This document shows positions 1-9,760 of a stretch of DNA of 64,000 nt, one piece after another. The notes beneath the pieces were generated by a model. The model had not been told where the DNA came from and did no database searches. It saw nothing but the letters and a program-made list of their open reading frames with translations. Each line of letters begins with the position of its first letter. Position 1 is the stretch's first letter. Origin of the DNA: Candidatus Daviesbacteria bacterium RIFCSPLOWO2_01_FULL_39_23. GTDB lineage: Bacteria; Patescibacteriota; Microgenomatia; Daviesbacterales; UBA10151. The stretch covers positions 1,464 to 65,463 of the forward strand of contig MFDN01000014.1 in the NCBI GenBank assembly GCA_001776935.1, in the 5' to 3' direction. Position numbers and translations under genes: made by a program.

Positions 1-49
1 CTTACACATTTGGCTTAAAAGATGCATAGGTATGCATAGCTGAAATTCT

Positions 50-2266
50 TTAATGGATAGAGAATCTTAAAATCCGGTTGGAGAATTTAGTCTCACCGAC
101 CCAAAGGAAAGATCCGTCAAAGGTAAGTGATGCTGGCCAGAAGAGCTTATTCCTACCAATTTCCTGTTTTGTGTCCTGCAGGTTTTCTTCGCCCAAAACA
201 ATATCTGCAGACTTTCCCGCTAAGGCATCCGAGATGTTTGTCCAAACCATCACCCTGCCGAAACCGACATCGGAAGCAATCAGATGATTGTCTCTCGTAA
301 CTACACTTCCCGGGCCGTTGAACCGGATGGGAGCATTTTGACTAATTTTATCGGCAGGAACCAAGGCAAGTTGGCTTGAGGTAGATAGTTTGTCAATTTC
401 CAATACTCCAATGGTTTCTTTACGGGCAACTATGCCCACTAAATATCTTCCGTCACTGTCCAATCGTCCAAGATCATCTATGGGAATAGAAAATATTGGT
501 CTTGAACCTTCATCAGGTACTCCCTCCCAAACATATAGCATAGCGGTTTTGAGGCCTTCTTTTATAGCAGATAGATAGAAATATTTATCATCTTGAGCGA
601 GCCCATTAACGCTGTCATATTCTACACTGCCGATTTTGCCATTAAAAATCTTATCCGGCATCTCACCGTTTATAGGCAGTTTTTTCCAATAACAGATTGT
701 TTTTCTGCCACCAATAAGCAAATTGCCGCCCCAAACTGAGTTGTCCACTGCATGACAGGTGTCGTTAAACGTATAGACAAAATCAGGATAAGCTCCGGAC
801 TCATCCGGCAAACTTTTCCAAACATACATTTTCCTATCAAAATCAGAAGTAGTAACCAAACTCTTACCGTCTGTCGCTAATATCGGATTAGCAACAATGT
901 AATTTGTCTCCAGGGTATTGGTATTAATATCCGGGCTACCAATGGCAAAATCTGGGAAGTCAGTTTGACTAGTTGGAATTTTATTGTAAACAACAACTTT
1001 ATTACCATTACCCATACCTATATAAATGCGGCCATCACCAAAAGCTAAGCCTGAGCTGTCACCTGTTACAAATTGATACCCTGCACCTGTAGTAAAAGGT
1101 CCCATATTGGCAACCCCGATTGTTAAATCGGCTTTGTCTTCTCCTGTTTCCGGTGGTTTGTTCCAGATCATCAAAGGTGATAAAGGTCCAACCAATGCCA
1201 GTTTTCCATCAGGCAAAAATACTCCGGACTGCCAGTCATTCATAACAAAATCATGAGGCACATCTCCATTCGGCCAGTTTTTCCAGACAAAAGTGGCTGC
1301 TCCACCGCCTTCCTTAGACATTTCCTTAGTGGAAACTTTAGCATTATGGTCGGAAACAAACAAATATTTACCGTTTGAGGTAATTGTCCGCGGGGTGCCA
1401 AAATCCTTGTCTCTTAAGATGACATCCGGCTTTTGGTCGGCGTTTGCGGGAAAGGTATTCCAAAGATAGACAGTTCCGGCGCCATGCGTACTGGTTATTG
1501 CCAATTTTTCTCCATCAGTCCAAGCACCCCACGGCCAAATAAGGGAGATTCCACGCTCCTCACCGGGAGAGTTTTTAGTCTCAATGGTAAAATCTGCTGC
1601 CTTGGCATTAGATGTGGGGAAAGAATTCCAGATGAGAATTCGGGCGTTGTTGGTATCGGCTACCACCACCTTATCTTTAGCTATTGAAACACTTATTGGC
1701 CAATTCAGCTGGTCAAGACCTGTCCCTGGATTATTACTTATGAAATCTTTTTGCCCCAAAACAAGATCAGGAGGAGTATTGCCATTGGTTGGTAATTTAT
1801 TCCATATCAAGATCCGGTTATTCCATGTATCGGCAAGCAAAAGCCTCTTTCCATCAGTGGCAATACCGCCGGGATGGTGAAATGAGAGAGCTCCACCTGT
1901 ATTGTTAAAATCTACTCCGGAAAGCATAATATCCGCATCCTGTCCAGTTTTAAACCAACCGTTTGTTGGTTTTTGGGAAACAGTTTTATATTTTGACCCA
2001 GTAGCCTTAACGTTAATTTCACCAGGGCGTTTGGCTTGCTGGAATTGCGGTTCCCCTCTGCTATTTTGGGCAAGCTCAGGCACTACATTGTTTTTCAGGT
2101 ATAAAACCACACCACCCGTCAGTAAAATAAGGACTACCAAGGATACAGCTAGGGAGATTTTGACCAATTTGGCGTTTTCAAGCAAAGAGCCTACATTCTG
2201 TAACCTTTTTATTACTTTTGCAATCCCGTCTACCCTTTTAATTTCGTTTTCAGAAGAAAAATTCAT
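50..2266 (-). CDS. Membrane-anchored beta-propeller repeat protein (NHL/YVTN-like repeats)
   Basis: 738-aa ORF with an N-terminal TM helix (SLAVSLVVLILLTGGVVLYL). Recurrent motifs of the type ADTNNARILIW, ADTWNNRILIWN and SNRILRF fit NHL-type propeller blades. It is the last gene of a same-strand cluster. Confidence 0.5.
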   Translation of the reverse strand: MNFSSENEIKRVDGIAKVIKRLQNVGSLLENAKLVKISLAVSLVVLILLTGGVVLYLKNNVVPELAQNSRGEPQFQQAKRPGEINVKATGSKYKTVSQKPTNGWFKTGQDADIMLSGVDFNNTGGALSFHHPGGIATDGKRLLLADTWNNRILIWNKLPTNGNTPPDLVLGQKDFISNNPGTGLDQLNWPISVSIAKDKVVVADTNNARILIWNSFPTSNAKAADFTIETKNSPGEERGISLIWPWGAWTDGEKLAITSTHGAGTVYLWNTFPANADQKPDVILRDKDFGTPRTITSNGKYLFVSDHNAKVSTKEMSKEGGGAATFVWKNWPNGDVPHDFVMNDWQSGVFLPDGKLALVGPLSPLMIWNKPPETGEDKADLTIGVANMGPFTTGAGYQFVTGDSSGLAFGDGRIYIGMGNGNKVVVYNKIPTSQTDFPDFAIGSPDINTNTLETNYIVANPILATDGKSLVTTSDFDRKMYVWKSLPDESGAYPDFVYTFNDTCHAVDNSVWGGNLLIGGRKTICYWKKLPINGEMPDKIFNGKIGSVEYDSVNGLAQDDKYFYLSAIKEGLKTAMLYVWEGVPDEGSRPIFSIPIDDLGRLDSDGRYLVGIVARKETIGVLEIDKLSTSSQLALVPADKISQNAPIRFNGPGSVVTRDNHLIASDVGFGRVMVWTNISDALAGKSADIVLGEENLQDTKQEIGRNKLFWPASLTFDGSFLWVGETKFSNRILRFSIH

Positions 2267-2284
2267 AATTTAATCATAATCTAA

Positions 2285-3391
2285 TCAGGGAATTTTTGTA
2301 ACATAAACCATCAGGTAACTTCCATCCGAAAGACGGGCTACTGCCGGGTCTTTGAGAACACCGGTTTCCAGTTGTGATGAAGGATCCAAAGTCAGTCGTA
2401 CTCCATCTTCGGCAGTCCAATTTTCCCCATCTGTTGAGAAAAACGAAACAATAGTTCTGTTATCAAAAGCATAAGCCCTGTATCCTCCAGGAATAGCTAT
2501 AGCATTGGTAAATATATATCCCTTGCCGTCCTTAACAAATTCTTTATATTCTTGTTGAGTAAAAGTTTTCCCGTCTTCTGAGGTCGCATGCCAGCCCTTT
2601 TCTATCCCACCGCCACCTACTCCTGCAAAAAAATGCCAGCCAGACGGGGTTCGCAGAGTAGAAGGATCCAGTACGAACCTGCCTGAACCAGAAAATGCCA
2701 CTCCCATTTTGGTAAAGTTAATACCATCCTTCCCTTCGGCATAGTAAGTTCTGGGTCCTTGTCCATCTTCGGGGTCGGATGTCACATACAGCCTAAAGGT
2801 ACCATCATCCAGTATTTGAATATCCGGATCAACTGCAGCAGCCATTCCCCCTTCAAATCCTATCAAACCAAGTTTTTTGTAAATCCAGGTTTTACCATTA
2901 TCTTCCGATATGGCCACTACTGTTTTGTTCTGCTCACCGGCTACAGTCCAACCAACATAATAAAGATAAATTTTACCGTTTTTATCAACAGCTAAATCAG
3001 GAACATCCCCCTGGTCAGTAATAACCTGATTGGTCCTGGTAAAATTCAACCCATCTGTGGATTTGGCAGACATAAGGCGCATTACCCATGGCCCATTTTG
3101 CCCTGGTCCGGTAGTTTTACCGGTCGGTGGCGTAAAGTCAACGGATTTTTGCTCAAATTGTTGTCTACTGTCTTGTTGATTGGTTGTTTGTTGAAAAGAC
3201 TGCTTCTTTTGCGAATACTGCTCTTGAGTTAATGGACCTTGTACTAAGCGTGATGTTTCCTGTTTAAAATACATGAAGATTACACCAAAAAGTAGAACAA
3301 GGATAAATAGTGATACAAACAAGCATATTTTTACCCACTTGTCATTATGAAGTAACAGTGTTACTTTATTTAGAATTGATTCTATAATCAT
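2285..3391 (-). CDS. BNR/Asp-box repeat protein (sialidase-like glycosyl-hydrolase fold), membrane-anchored
   Basis: 368 aa with an N-terminal TM helix. Asp-box motifs S-x-D-x-G-x-T/N-W/F are visible: SEDNGKTW, STDGENWT, STDGLNFT. Confidence 0.55.
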   Translation of the reverse strand: MIIESILNKVTLLLHNDKWVKICLFVSLFILVLLFGVIFMYFKQETSRLVQGPLTQEQYSQKKQSFQQTTNQQDSRQQFEQKSVDFTPPTGKTTGPGQNGPWVMRLMSAKSTDGLNFTRTNQVITDQGDVPDLAVDKNGKIYLYYVGWTVAGEQNKTVVAISEDNGKTWIYKKLGLIGFEGGMAAAVDPDIQILDDGTFRLYVTSDPEDGQGPRTYYAEGKDGINFTKMGVAFSGSGRFVLDPSTLRTPSGWHFFAGVGGGGIEKGWHATSEDGKTFTQQEYKEFVKDGKGYIFTNAIAIPGGYRAYAFDNRTIVSFFSTDGENWTAEDGVRLTLDPSSQLETGVLKDPAVARLSDGSYLMVYVTKIP

Positions 3392-3393
3392 TC

Positions 3394-3654
3394 CTATTGT
3401 TGTCCACTAGGGACTGGGCCACCTCTGTCTGGCCCTTGCGGTTTTTGTTGTAATCCACTTGGTAATGGTTGTTGACCGCCATTTAGTTGTTGCCCGTCCC
3501 TCAGCCCATCTTGAGTTTGTATTCCTGAGGGCTGGTCTGGAATTTTGGGAGCAGTTATTCTTCCTAAGTAAAAACCTGCTCCTCCAGCAATTAATAATCC
3601 AATCAGTATCCAGGTTAAGATTAATGCTTTAGCTGCTTTTGACAAATCATTCAC
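3394..3654 (-). CDS. Small membrane protein with a Pro/Gln-rich tail
   Basis: 86 aa with one TM helix (ALILTWILIGLLIAGGAGFYL). The stop sits 3 nt before the start of the downstream gene, suggesting operon context. Confidence 0.35.
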   Translation of the reverse strand: MNDLSKAAKALILTWILIGLLIAGGAGFYLGRITAPKIPDQPSGIQTQDGLRDGQQLNGGQQPLPSGLQQKPQGPDRGGPVPSGQQ

Positions 3655-3699
3655 CCCCTAACATAACTTTCCGAAAGAACTTTTCATGCTTATTATTGT

Positions 3700-4548
3700 T
3701 CAATTAGTATTTTGTTCTTTCTTTCCGGCATTTTTCATTCTATCGTAAGTTCCCATATACACATATCCACTATATTTAGGGTCTTGAAAATCAATTTGAC
3801 TGTAATCAAAATACGGCCCATTACCCTGAAATTTACAGGGGTTTGCAGCCCGATATGAAAGAGGAATGATAAAATCCTCCCTACTTTCAAGTCCTGGAAT
3901 GGCAGCTTTGTACTCGGCAAAAACCTCATCAGACATGTAAAGGAACATTGAATACATATTCTTTAATGGCTCGCCGTTATTAGCCTTATTTTCGGGCGGC
4001 AAAGCCATGACGCCTATCCTAACATCCAGACTTATATTTGTCGCGTCCGGATAAAACTCATTGGGATCATCAAAACCCACCAGATCGCCTGCTTTTACAG
4101 CAACTGTTCCGTTGTACTGAGGCAACGCTTTGACGTGAGCGAGGTTTATCCTGAATTGGTTAAACGGCCACCAGGGAAGCCTGCTTGATTTGGGCACAAA
4201 TGAAAAGCCCTGAAAATTTAGTGAATTGGTGATGTAGCCATCAAACGGGGCAAAAACTTTCACCTGACCCTGACTCTCAGTCTTAAACTTTGCGTTTGTC
4301 ATTATGTAATGGGCCATACTACTGTCAGGTTCTTTAGTGCTCTGGGACATAGACCGGTGCCCTTGGCAGCTTCTAAACTGACTGAAGGCAATTGTTTGAT
4401 TTAAATCAAACATGTTACGGACAATCAAAAAATCAGCAGGTGGTTTTTCCGGAGCGAATTGGCTAATACCAAAGATGAAAAAAATAAGAACAAAGGGAGA
4501 AACGCAAATCAGAAGTAGTTTCTTCCAATGTCTCTTAATAAAATCCAT
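3700..4548 (-). CDS. Hypothetical membrane-anchored protein
   Basis: 282 aa with an N-terminal TM helix (LLLICVSPFVLIFFIFGI). I recognise no motifs. Confidence 0.4.
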   Translation of the reverse strand: MDFIKRHWKKLLLICVSPFVLIFFIFGISQFAPEKPPADFLIVRNMFDLNQTIAFSQFRSCQGHRSMSQSTKEPDSSMAHYIMTNAKFKTESQGQVKVFAPFDGYITNSLNFQGFSFVPKSSRLPWWPFNQFRINLAHVKALPQYNGTVAVKAGDLVGFDDPNEFYPDATNISLDVRIGVMALPPENKANNGEPLKNMYSMFLYMSDEVFAEYKAAIPGLESREDFIIPLSYRAANPCKFQGNGPYFDYSQIDFQDPKYSGYVYMGTYDRMKNAGKKEQNTN

Positions 4549-4621
4549 ATTTACTCTCTATATATACTATAACAAATTTTCATACTGGTAATGACTAAAA
4601 TATATGTAAATCCTTATTGTC

Positions 4622-5347
4622 TCATGGCTGTTTAGCTCCCTCTAATGCCCCTGGACAATTTTTTTCAACCCAATTCTGCACTTCAGCGGATACCGGCCAG
4701 ATTTTTCCATCCCAGTAAGCGGTTGTCTGTTTGTCTTTTTCGACAATCAAGCGCTCAGGACAAGTATTTAGAGGTAATCCTGAATCTAGTGATTGACTCT
4801 GACTGGTTACTGGCCGCCATGGCCACAAGCCTCGTATCACCATCGTGTAATAAATAAAAATAAGGCCTGCGGCTATCAGAAGTAAAATGATAAGTAACGA
4901 GACCAGAATTCCACGTAATGCCCACTTCGATCTAATTTTTTGGAAAATAAGGTACGGTAAAACCAGAACCAGAAAGTAGATGATCACAAGCTGAAAGATT
5001 GTCCCGAACGAAATGGTGTTGGAGACGCCTACTTCGCCTTCGGGGTGCCAATATACCCACCTTTCCAAAATAAACGCCAAGACAAAGGCAAAAAAAGCGA
5101 CAATTCGCCAATTTAATAAGCGGTACAAAAACCAAAAAATCGATCCTAAAACGGTGTAAATGACCAGTATTAACCCGAAATCCGGCCAAGATTTAATGAT
5201 CGGCTCTTTTGCTCCGTAAGTGCCGAACACCCCACCAAAAATTGCAATGACCAGCGGTAGAACCTCGCCAATGAATACTGAAGATAGCATTAAAAACGGA
5301 ATAAAGGTCAGGGGTAAAATTTTATCGCCACGCCAGATCATATTCAT
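4622..5347 (-). CDS. Integral membrane protein (multi-TM)
   Basis: 241 aa with at least 5 hydrophobic helices. It overlaps the upstream gene by 4 bp (ATGA). Confidence 0.45.
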   Translation of the reverse strand: MNMIWRGDKILPLTFIPFLMLSSVFIGEVLPLVIAIFGGVFGTYGAKEPIIKSWPDFGLILVIYTVLGSIFWFLYRLLNWRIVAFFAFVLAFILERWVYWHPEGEVGVSNTISFGTIFQLVIIYFLVLVLPYLIFQKIRSKWALRGILVSLLIILLLIAAGLIFIYYTMVIRGLWPWRPVTSQSQSLDSGLPLNTCPERLIVEKDKQTTAYWDGKIWPVSAEVQNWVEKNCPGALEGAKQP

Positions 5348-6330
5348 TCTTTTTGATTAGCATAATAGATACCTTTGGTGTGTTGCCCATAGTACATAAA
5401 CCATGTGCCGTTTATTTTTGCGAGCGTTGGATCGGCAGGTGGGTTAGGTGGAAATTTGGTCATTGGGTTTTTGTTATTCGTAAAGTCGAAAACCGGTTGG
5501 GAAAAAGAACCATCTTTGTAAATCATATAGAAAACCCCGGCATAGCTCCAAAAGTAAACTCTAAGCTCCACTTGTCCTGAGGAATCCCATTTTACCCACT
5601 CTGCACCATCAGCCGCCCCAAGTAATGTCTCATTTCTTGAATCAATTGCCAACCCTTTCTTTTCAAATGTTAATCCGTCTTTGGAAGTAGCCCAAAAATA
5701 TACATGTGTGTCTTTGTTGGGAAGTTTTTCGCTGGTCTTATAAGGTTCATTAATTGTGCCGCGATAAAGCATAATGTAATTATCATCATCTAATCGAATG
5801 GTTCCTTGAGCACCTACATTTTCTAAATTAAATCCTGGCTCATTCTTATCAATTCTTACACCTGGTTCATCAGTCCAATTTAATCCGTCAGTTGAAATAG
5901 CACTTTTTATAACACCTGCATTTTGAAAATACATTCGCCATCGGCCATCAGGCAACTTAACAATGTCTGGAAAAGTAGCGAAAGTCTTTCTAATTCCGCT
6001 TTCTTTTTCCCAATTTATCCCGTCTTTTGAAACAGATGAATATACTTCCAACTTATTTCCGGGAACTTCAGGCTCAACAGAATAATATATTCGATATTGA
6101 CCGTTTTCAAGATCAACTACCTCGGCATCAGCATATCGACCTGCAATTATTATTCCTTTTTCTTGCCATTTAGACCCTACTTGTTTTACTTGTTCTGATT
6201 TTTGGTTTTGAAGACTTGGGGTTTGGACATCGCTTTTGGTTTTCAAAAACCGAAAAGAAGCAATAATTGCTATTATCACAATCACTGCAACCAAAATTAT
6301 TATGAGGGGAGCAGAACCTTTTTCTTTCAC
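5344..6330 (-). CDS. BNR/Asp-box repeat protein, membrane-anchored (paralog of 2285..3391)
   Basis: 328 aa with an N-terminal TM helix. Asp-boxes SKDGINWEKE, STDGLNWTDE and SKDGLTFEKK are present. Confidence 0.55.
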   Translation of the reverse strand: MKEKGSAPLIIILVAVIVIIAIIASFRFLKTKSDVQTPSLQNQKSEQVKQVGSKWQEKGIIIAGRYADAEVVDLENGQYRIYYSVEPEVPGNKLEVYSSVSKDGINWEKESGIRKTFATFPDIVKLPDGRWRMYFQNAGVIKSAISTDGLNWTDEPGVRIDKNEPGFNLENVGAQGTIRLDDDNYIMLYRGTINEPYKTSEKLPNKDTHVYFWATSKDGLTFEKKGLAIDSRNETLLGAADGAEWVKWDSSGQVELRVYFWSYAGVFYMIYKDGSFSQPVFDFTNNKNPMTKFPPNPPADPTLAKINGTWFMYYGQHTKGIYYANQKE

Positions 6331-6651
6331 AACTTTAGTATAGCACTTTGATTTATACCTTATCTAATGTTGCATGAGGAAGGAGATGATGAGGATTTGA
6401 AGAAGATACAAGTATTTGTTTACCAGTTATGTTGTGGAATCATGCAACACTTTTATGGGGACAATTGGGAAGTGGATTTTGACGAACTGGATTTGAAAAA
6501 TGAATAAGTTCTTGCTTCGCAATAAAGAAGACTGATTTGACAATCTAATCATGAGTTCGAATCTCGCTGGGGTTGTATGTTTTAAGACTATTTTAAACTA
6601 ATTTTCCTGACAATTTCGAGGCTAAAAGCCTTTAAAAACACAAATATCATT

Positions 6652-6726
<75 letters not shown>

Positions 6727-6798
6727 GCTCGCCATCGCTACGCTCAGGCGTTAGCGGGCGAGCCCATCTAACTTGCGTATGATGACTAATCGGATAAT

Positions 6799-7041
6799 CT
6801 ATATTCTATCTTTCAAAAACTTTCTTCCAAATCCAGTTTTAAAATACTTTTCCCTCTTAATAGCTTTTTCTTTTGAAATACCGCCTTCAAAATAAACTAT
6901 TTCTAAAGGTCGCCTATTCTTAGTTGACAATACACCACCATCATTATGTAATTTTACTCTTTCTCCCAGATTAGATGTAAAGCCTACATAATACTTTCCA
7001 TCTTTTTTACTCTGTAACACATAAGTGTAATAAAATTCCAT
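6799..7041 (-). CDS. GIY-YIG nuclease superfamily protein (small stand-alone)
   Basis: 80 aa. YVLQSKKDGKYYVGFTSNLGERVKLHN matches the GIY-x10-YIG core with the conserved R and N. It sits next to the tRNA. Confidence 0.75.
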   Translation of the reverse strand: MEFYYTYVLQSKKDGKYYVGFTSNLGERVKLHNDGGVLSTKNRRPLEIVYFEGGISKEKAIKREKYFKTGFGRKFLKDRI

Positions 7042-7162
7042 AATACACTTATGCTTAATTATAGCCGTACACTATAATTGTCGCAAGCTCAAATTATACT
7101 TTAACTGGTGCATAATGTTCAACGATGCGATGATTAACGGGAAAAGTTGAATTTGCTGAAGA

Positions 7163-7648
7163 TTATCTTTGAATTTGAGCTGCTTTTTCTTTTCGGATTT
7201 TATTGATTGTATCTAATAGTATGTCTACATCAAATGGTTTTGCAAGGAAACGCTCGACTGCTATACCTTTGGTTTCGCAATAAGCTGAAGCTACTTCTGA
7301 GGGAATTAATGTCGTCGTAACAATTAAGGAGGGGCGATAAGTTTCATCATGTTGAAATTGTTCCCCAGCCATTTTCATAATATCCGGTCCCTTTCCTCCC
7401 AAAAGATTAAATTCAGCGATAAAAAGATCCGGACGAAAACCAGCAGCTAAAACTTTTCGTGCAATTCCAAAAGACGGTGTCCATATATGTTTTACAGTGG
7501 GTAAATCACTTTTATATGAACCATCTCTCGGAAGACCAATTCCCCGAATTAAAAATACACACATTTGTCCCATTGTGGCGTCAGCTTCTAAATGAAGAAT
7601 GTTAAAAGCGCTTTTTTGATTAATTACTTTTGTTTCAGGACATACCAT
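7163..7648 (-). CDS. CheY-like receiver-domain protein (divergent acidic pocket)
   Basis: 161 aa. PDLFIAEFNLLGGKGPDIMKMAG ... PSLIVTTTLIPSE ... ERFLAKPFDVDILLDTI follows the receiver alpha/beta pattern (phospho-Asp region, T, KPF). The N-terminal DD pair is replaced by HLEAD. Confidence 0.5.
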   Translation of the reverse strand: MVCPETKVINQKSAFNILHLEADATMGQMCVFLIRGIGLPRDGSYKSDLPTVKHIWTPSFGIARKVLAAGFRPDLFIAEFNLLGGKGPDIMKMAGEQFQHDETYRPSLIVTTTLIPSEVASAYCETKGIAVERFLAKPFDVDILLDTINKIRKEKAAQIQR

Positions 7649-7698
7649 CTTTTAAGTTGGTTAGTAATCTGGTGAGATTATAATCTATATTATTCCAT

Positions 7699-7727
7699 TT
7701 GACAACATCAAACGTACACTCTATTAT
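7699..7727 (+). promoter_or_regulatory. Sigma70-type promoter TTGACA-17-TATTAT; the TSS is predicted at the ATG of the 7736 gene (leaderless)
   Basis: -35 TTGACA at 7699-7704, a 17-nt spacer, -10 TATTAT at 7722-7727. The ATG lies 9 nt downstream. Confidence 0.5.
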
Positions 7728-7735
7728 ACGAGCCT

Positions 7736-8983
7736 ATGATGGAATTAGAGCAGCGCCTTGCTACATTTAAAAAACTCCAAAAACTAGAGGCAGGCTTGGA
7801 CAAGATTGTCCGCCTGACAGAAAATATTGGAAGCACCCCCATTGTTTCTTCTTTAGATTTAAGTCGTTTTGACGAAAATAATCCTGCGCAAACTGAGGAT
7901 TTGCTAAAGACTGCCATTAAGGCCGGAATTGTGATAGAAAGATTAAATGTTAAGGCTAAACCAATCATAGAAGGAAAGATTAGAGAAATTAAAGGTGGAA
8001 CTGAAGGAAAAAGAATGAGTAGCTTGTTTGATGAAGCTGTTAATGCATTAAACCAAAGCAGCCTCGTTCCGGCAAGAATTGTTGGAAAGGCGGCAAGATC
8101 TGTATTAGTCTACAATACACCAAGAAATTCCAATGGGACTCCCGAGGAAAGGGTTTTTACTCAAGATGGTACTCTCACTAAAACAGAAGGAGCAATACTT
8201 GCAATAGCTATTGCAGAAGCTTCACTGAAACCTGAAGCAAAAAAAATATTTACCTTAGACAGCAAGTTTTCTGGATTTTTTGGTAAATTATGCAGTTCCC
8301 TGCCTCAAAAAGGGTCCGGCGAAATGAGCGTCTCCTCTTATAATGAAGCTAAAAGGGGTATTTTAAATAAGGCTGCTTTAATGGTGGCAGATCCGCAAAA
8401 TAATCATGTAGCACGTGAGGTTAAGTTGTTGTTTGATTGGATAAATAGTTGTACGGACCAAAAGGATGTTTTTTATGAAGCTATATTAGCAGTGGATGAT
8501 TGTTCAGATGCAACTGCCGTAATAGACTTAAGAAGTAAATTTCGGAGTGTTATGCAAGCTCGGTTTGATGAAAAATTCGCGAGAGATTTAGTAGAAGTAA
8601 CCAGAGAGGGAGAAGAAGAATTAAAAAAACATAAAGAATTGGAGGAGGCAAGGAAATTAAAGGAAGCCAAAAGACTAGCAGAAGCCGAAATAAAAAAGCA
8701 ACAAGAGAAAGATAGAAATCAACTGGCAGCAAAGATGGAAAAAATATTGGTAGGTTTGTGGTCAAGAGAGGCTCCTTACATAGAAATGTTAAATGAGGCA
8801 GTAGCAATAACACCTGGATTAGAGGGGAAAAAGAGGCTAGGATTAGTTGAAAAGGCCCTTGCAATAGCTAATTTAGAGCACAGACAAGCAACAGAGTTGA
8901 ACTTTACTGAAGAAGAGATGAAAGTGGTAAAGGATGTTGCTTCAGATATTTATATGAAAAGGATTAAAGAACCTAAAAAATAA
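7736..8983 (+). CDS. Hypothetical protein with a C-terminal coiled-coil
   Basis: 415 aa. The K/E-rich heptad segment KHKELEEARKLKEAKRLAEAEIKKQQEKDR is the only feature I see; no enzymatic motifs. Confidence 0.5.
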   Translation: MMELEQRLATFKKLQKLEAGLDKIVRLTENIGSTPIVSSLDLSRFDENNPAQTEDLLKTAIKAGIVIERLNVKAKPIIEGKIREIKGGTEGKRMSSLFDEAVNALNQSSLVPARIVGKAARSVLVYNTPRNSNGTPEERVFTQDGTLTKTEGAILAIAIAEASLKPEAKKIFTLDSKFSGFFGKLCSSLPQKGSGEMSVSSYNEAKRGILNKAALMVADPQNNHVAREVKLLFDWINSCTDQKDVFYEAILAVDDCSDATAVIDLRSKFRSVMQARFDEKFARDLVEVTREGEEELKKHKELEEARKLKEAKRLAEAEIKKQQEKDRNQLAAKMEKILVGLWSREAPYIEMLNEAVAITPGLEGKKRLGLVEKALAIANLEHRQATELNFTEEEMKVVKDVASDIYMKRIKEPKK

Positions 8984-9048
8984 CAGCTTACTATCCTCTT
9001 ACTTTCCTCTTAATAATCCTATAACAAAAGTAACCTACAATATATATA

Positions 9049-9744
9049 ATGAAGTTTAATGAACTAATCTTAATATTCGGCATTATTGCCATACTCTTTT
9101 TTATGGCAGTTATTGCATATTTTATTATTCCTCACAAAACTGCCAATACAGTTGCTCCTGCTGCTACGCCGGCTTCAAGAGTTTTGGGCGAGACAGTGTC
9201 TGATTTAATTTTGTATACAAACGCAAAGCATAAAATTCAATTTGAATACCCAAAAATCCTTTTTATTGCTCTTGAAACAGAAGATGCTTTAAAGCTTACC
9301 GAGAAAGATTGCCGGGACTCAGAAGATATTTCCTGCGGAGCAGCTAATTCTTTTTTCTTTAGAGGGGAATTGGCGCGAGATTTACCGCTTGAAGATTGGA
9401 TAAAAGAAAATCTGTTTAAAAAAAGCAATTTCTTTCCCAGTCCTTCGGGTTCGGGAGTTGAGGGAATAGTTGACGGGGGAGAGTATTGCTACTCCCGGGC
9501 AAAGCAGGAGCCTGTTGGGGTAGCAGGCCAACAAGCAACTTCTTTTACTTTCAGCAAAGACCAGCTGGCTGAACCGGGAAAATGCGCTTTAAATAAAAGT
9601 TTTAACCTTCTGGATCCGGATGTGAGCGAGGAAATATACTTTAAACACGGCTCTTCTATTATCAGGTTTGAACTAAATTATTCAAAAGATTCGGGTTTGG
9701 ATAAAATATTTCATCAGATTTTAACAACCGCAAAAGCAAATTAA
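9049..9744 (+). CDS. Hypothetical secreted/membrane-anchored protein
   Basis: 231 aa with an N-terminal TM helix (LILIFGIIAILFFMAVIAYFII). Confidence 0.45.
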   Translation: MKFNELILIFGIIAILFFMAVIAYFIIPHKTANTVAPAATPASRVLGETVSDLILYTNAKHKIQFEYPKILFIALETEDALKLTEKDCRDSEDISCGAANSFFFRGELARDLPLEDWIKENLFKKSNFFPSPSGSGVEGIVDGGEYCYSRAKQEPVGVAGQQATSFTFSKDQLAEPGKCALNKSFNLLDPDVSEEIYFKHGSSIIRFELNYSKDSGLDKIFHQILTTAKAN

Positions 9745-9760
9745 GTTATATAATTGAAAT

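Noticed and set aside
6545-6580. tRNA-like T-arm (GAGTTCGAATCTCGCTGGGG) upstream of tRNA-Lys(TTT)
   Set aside because: No complementary T-stem, no acceptor or D or anticodon arms can be built. It is probably a chance match or a degraded remnant and not a functional tRNA.
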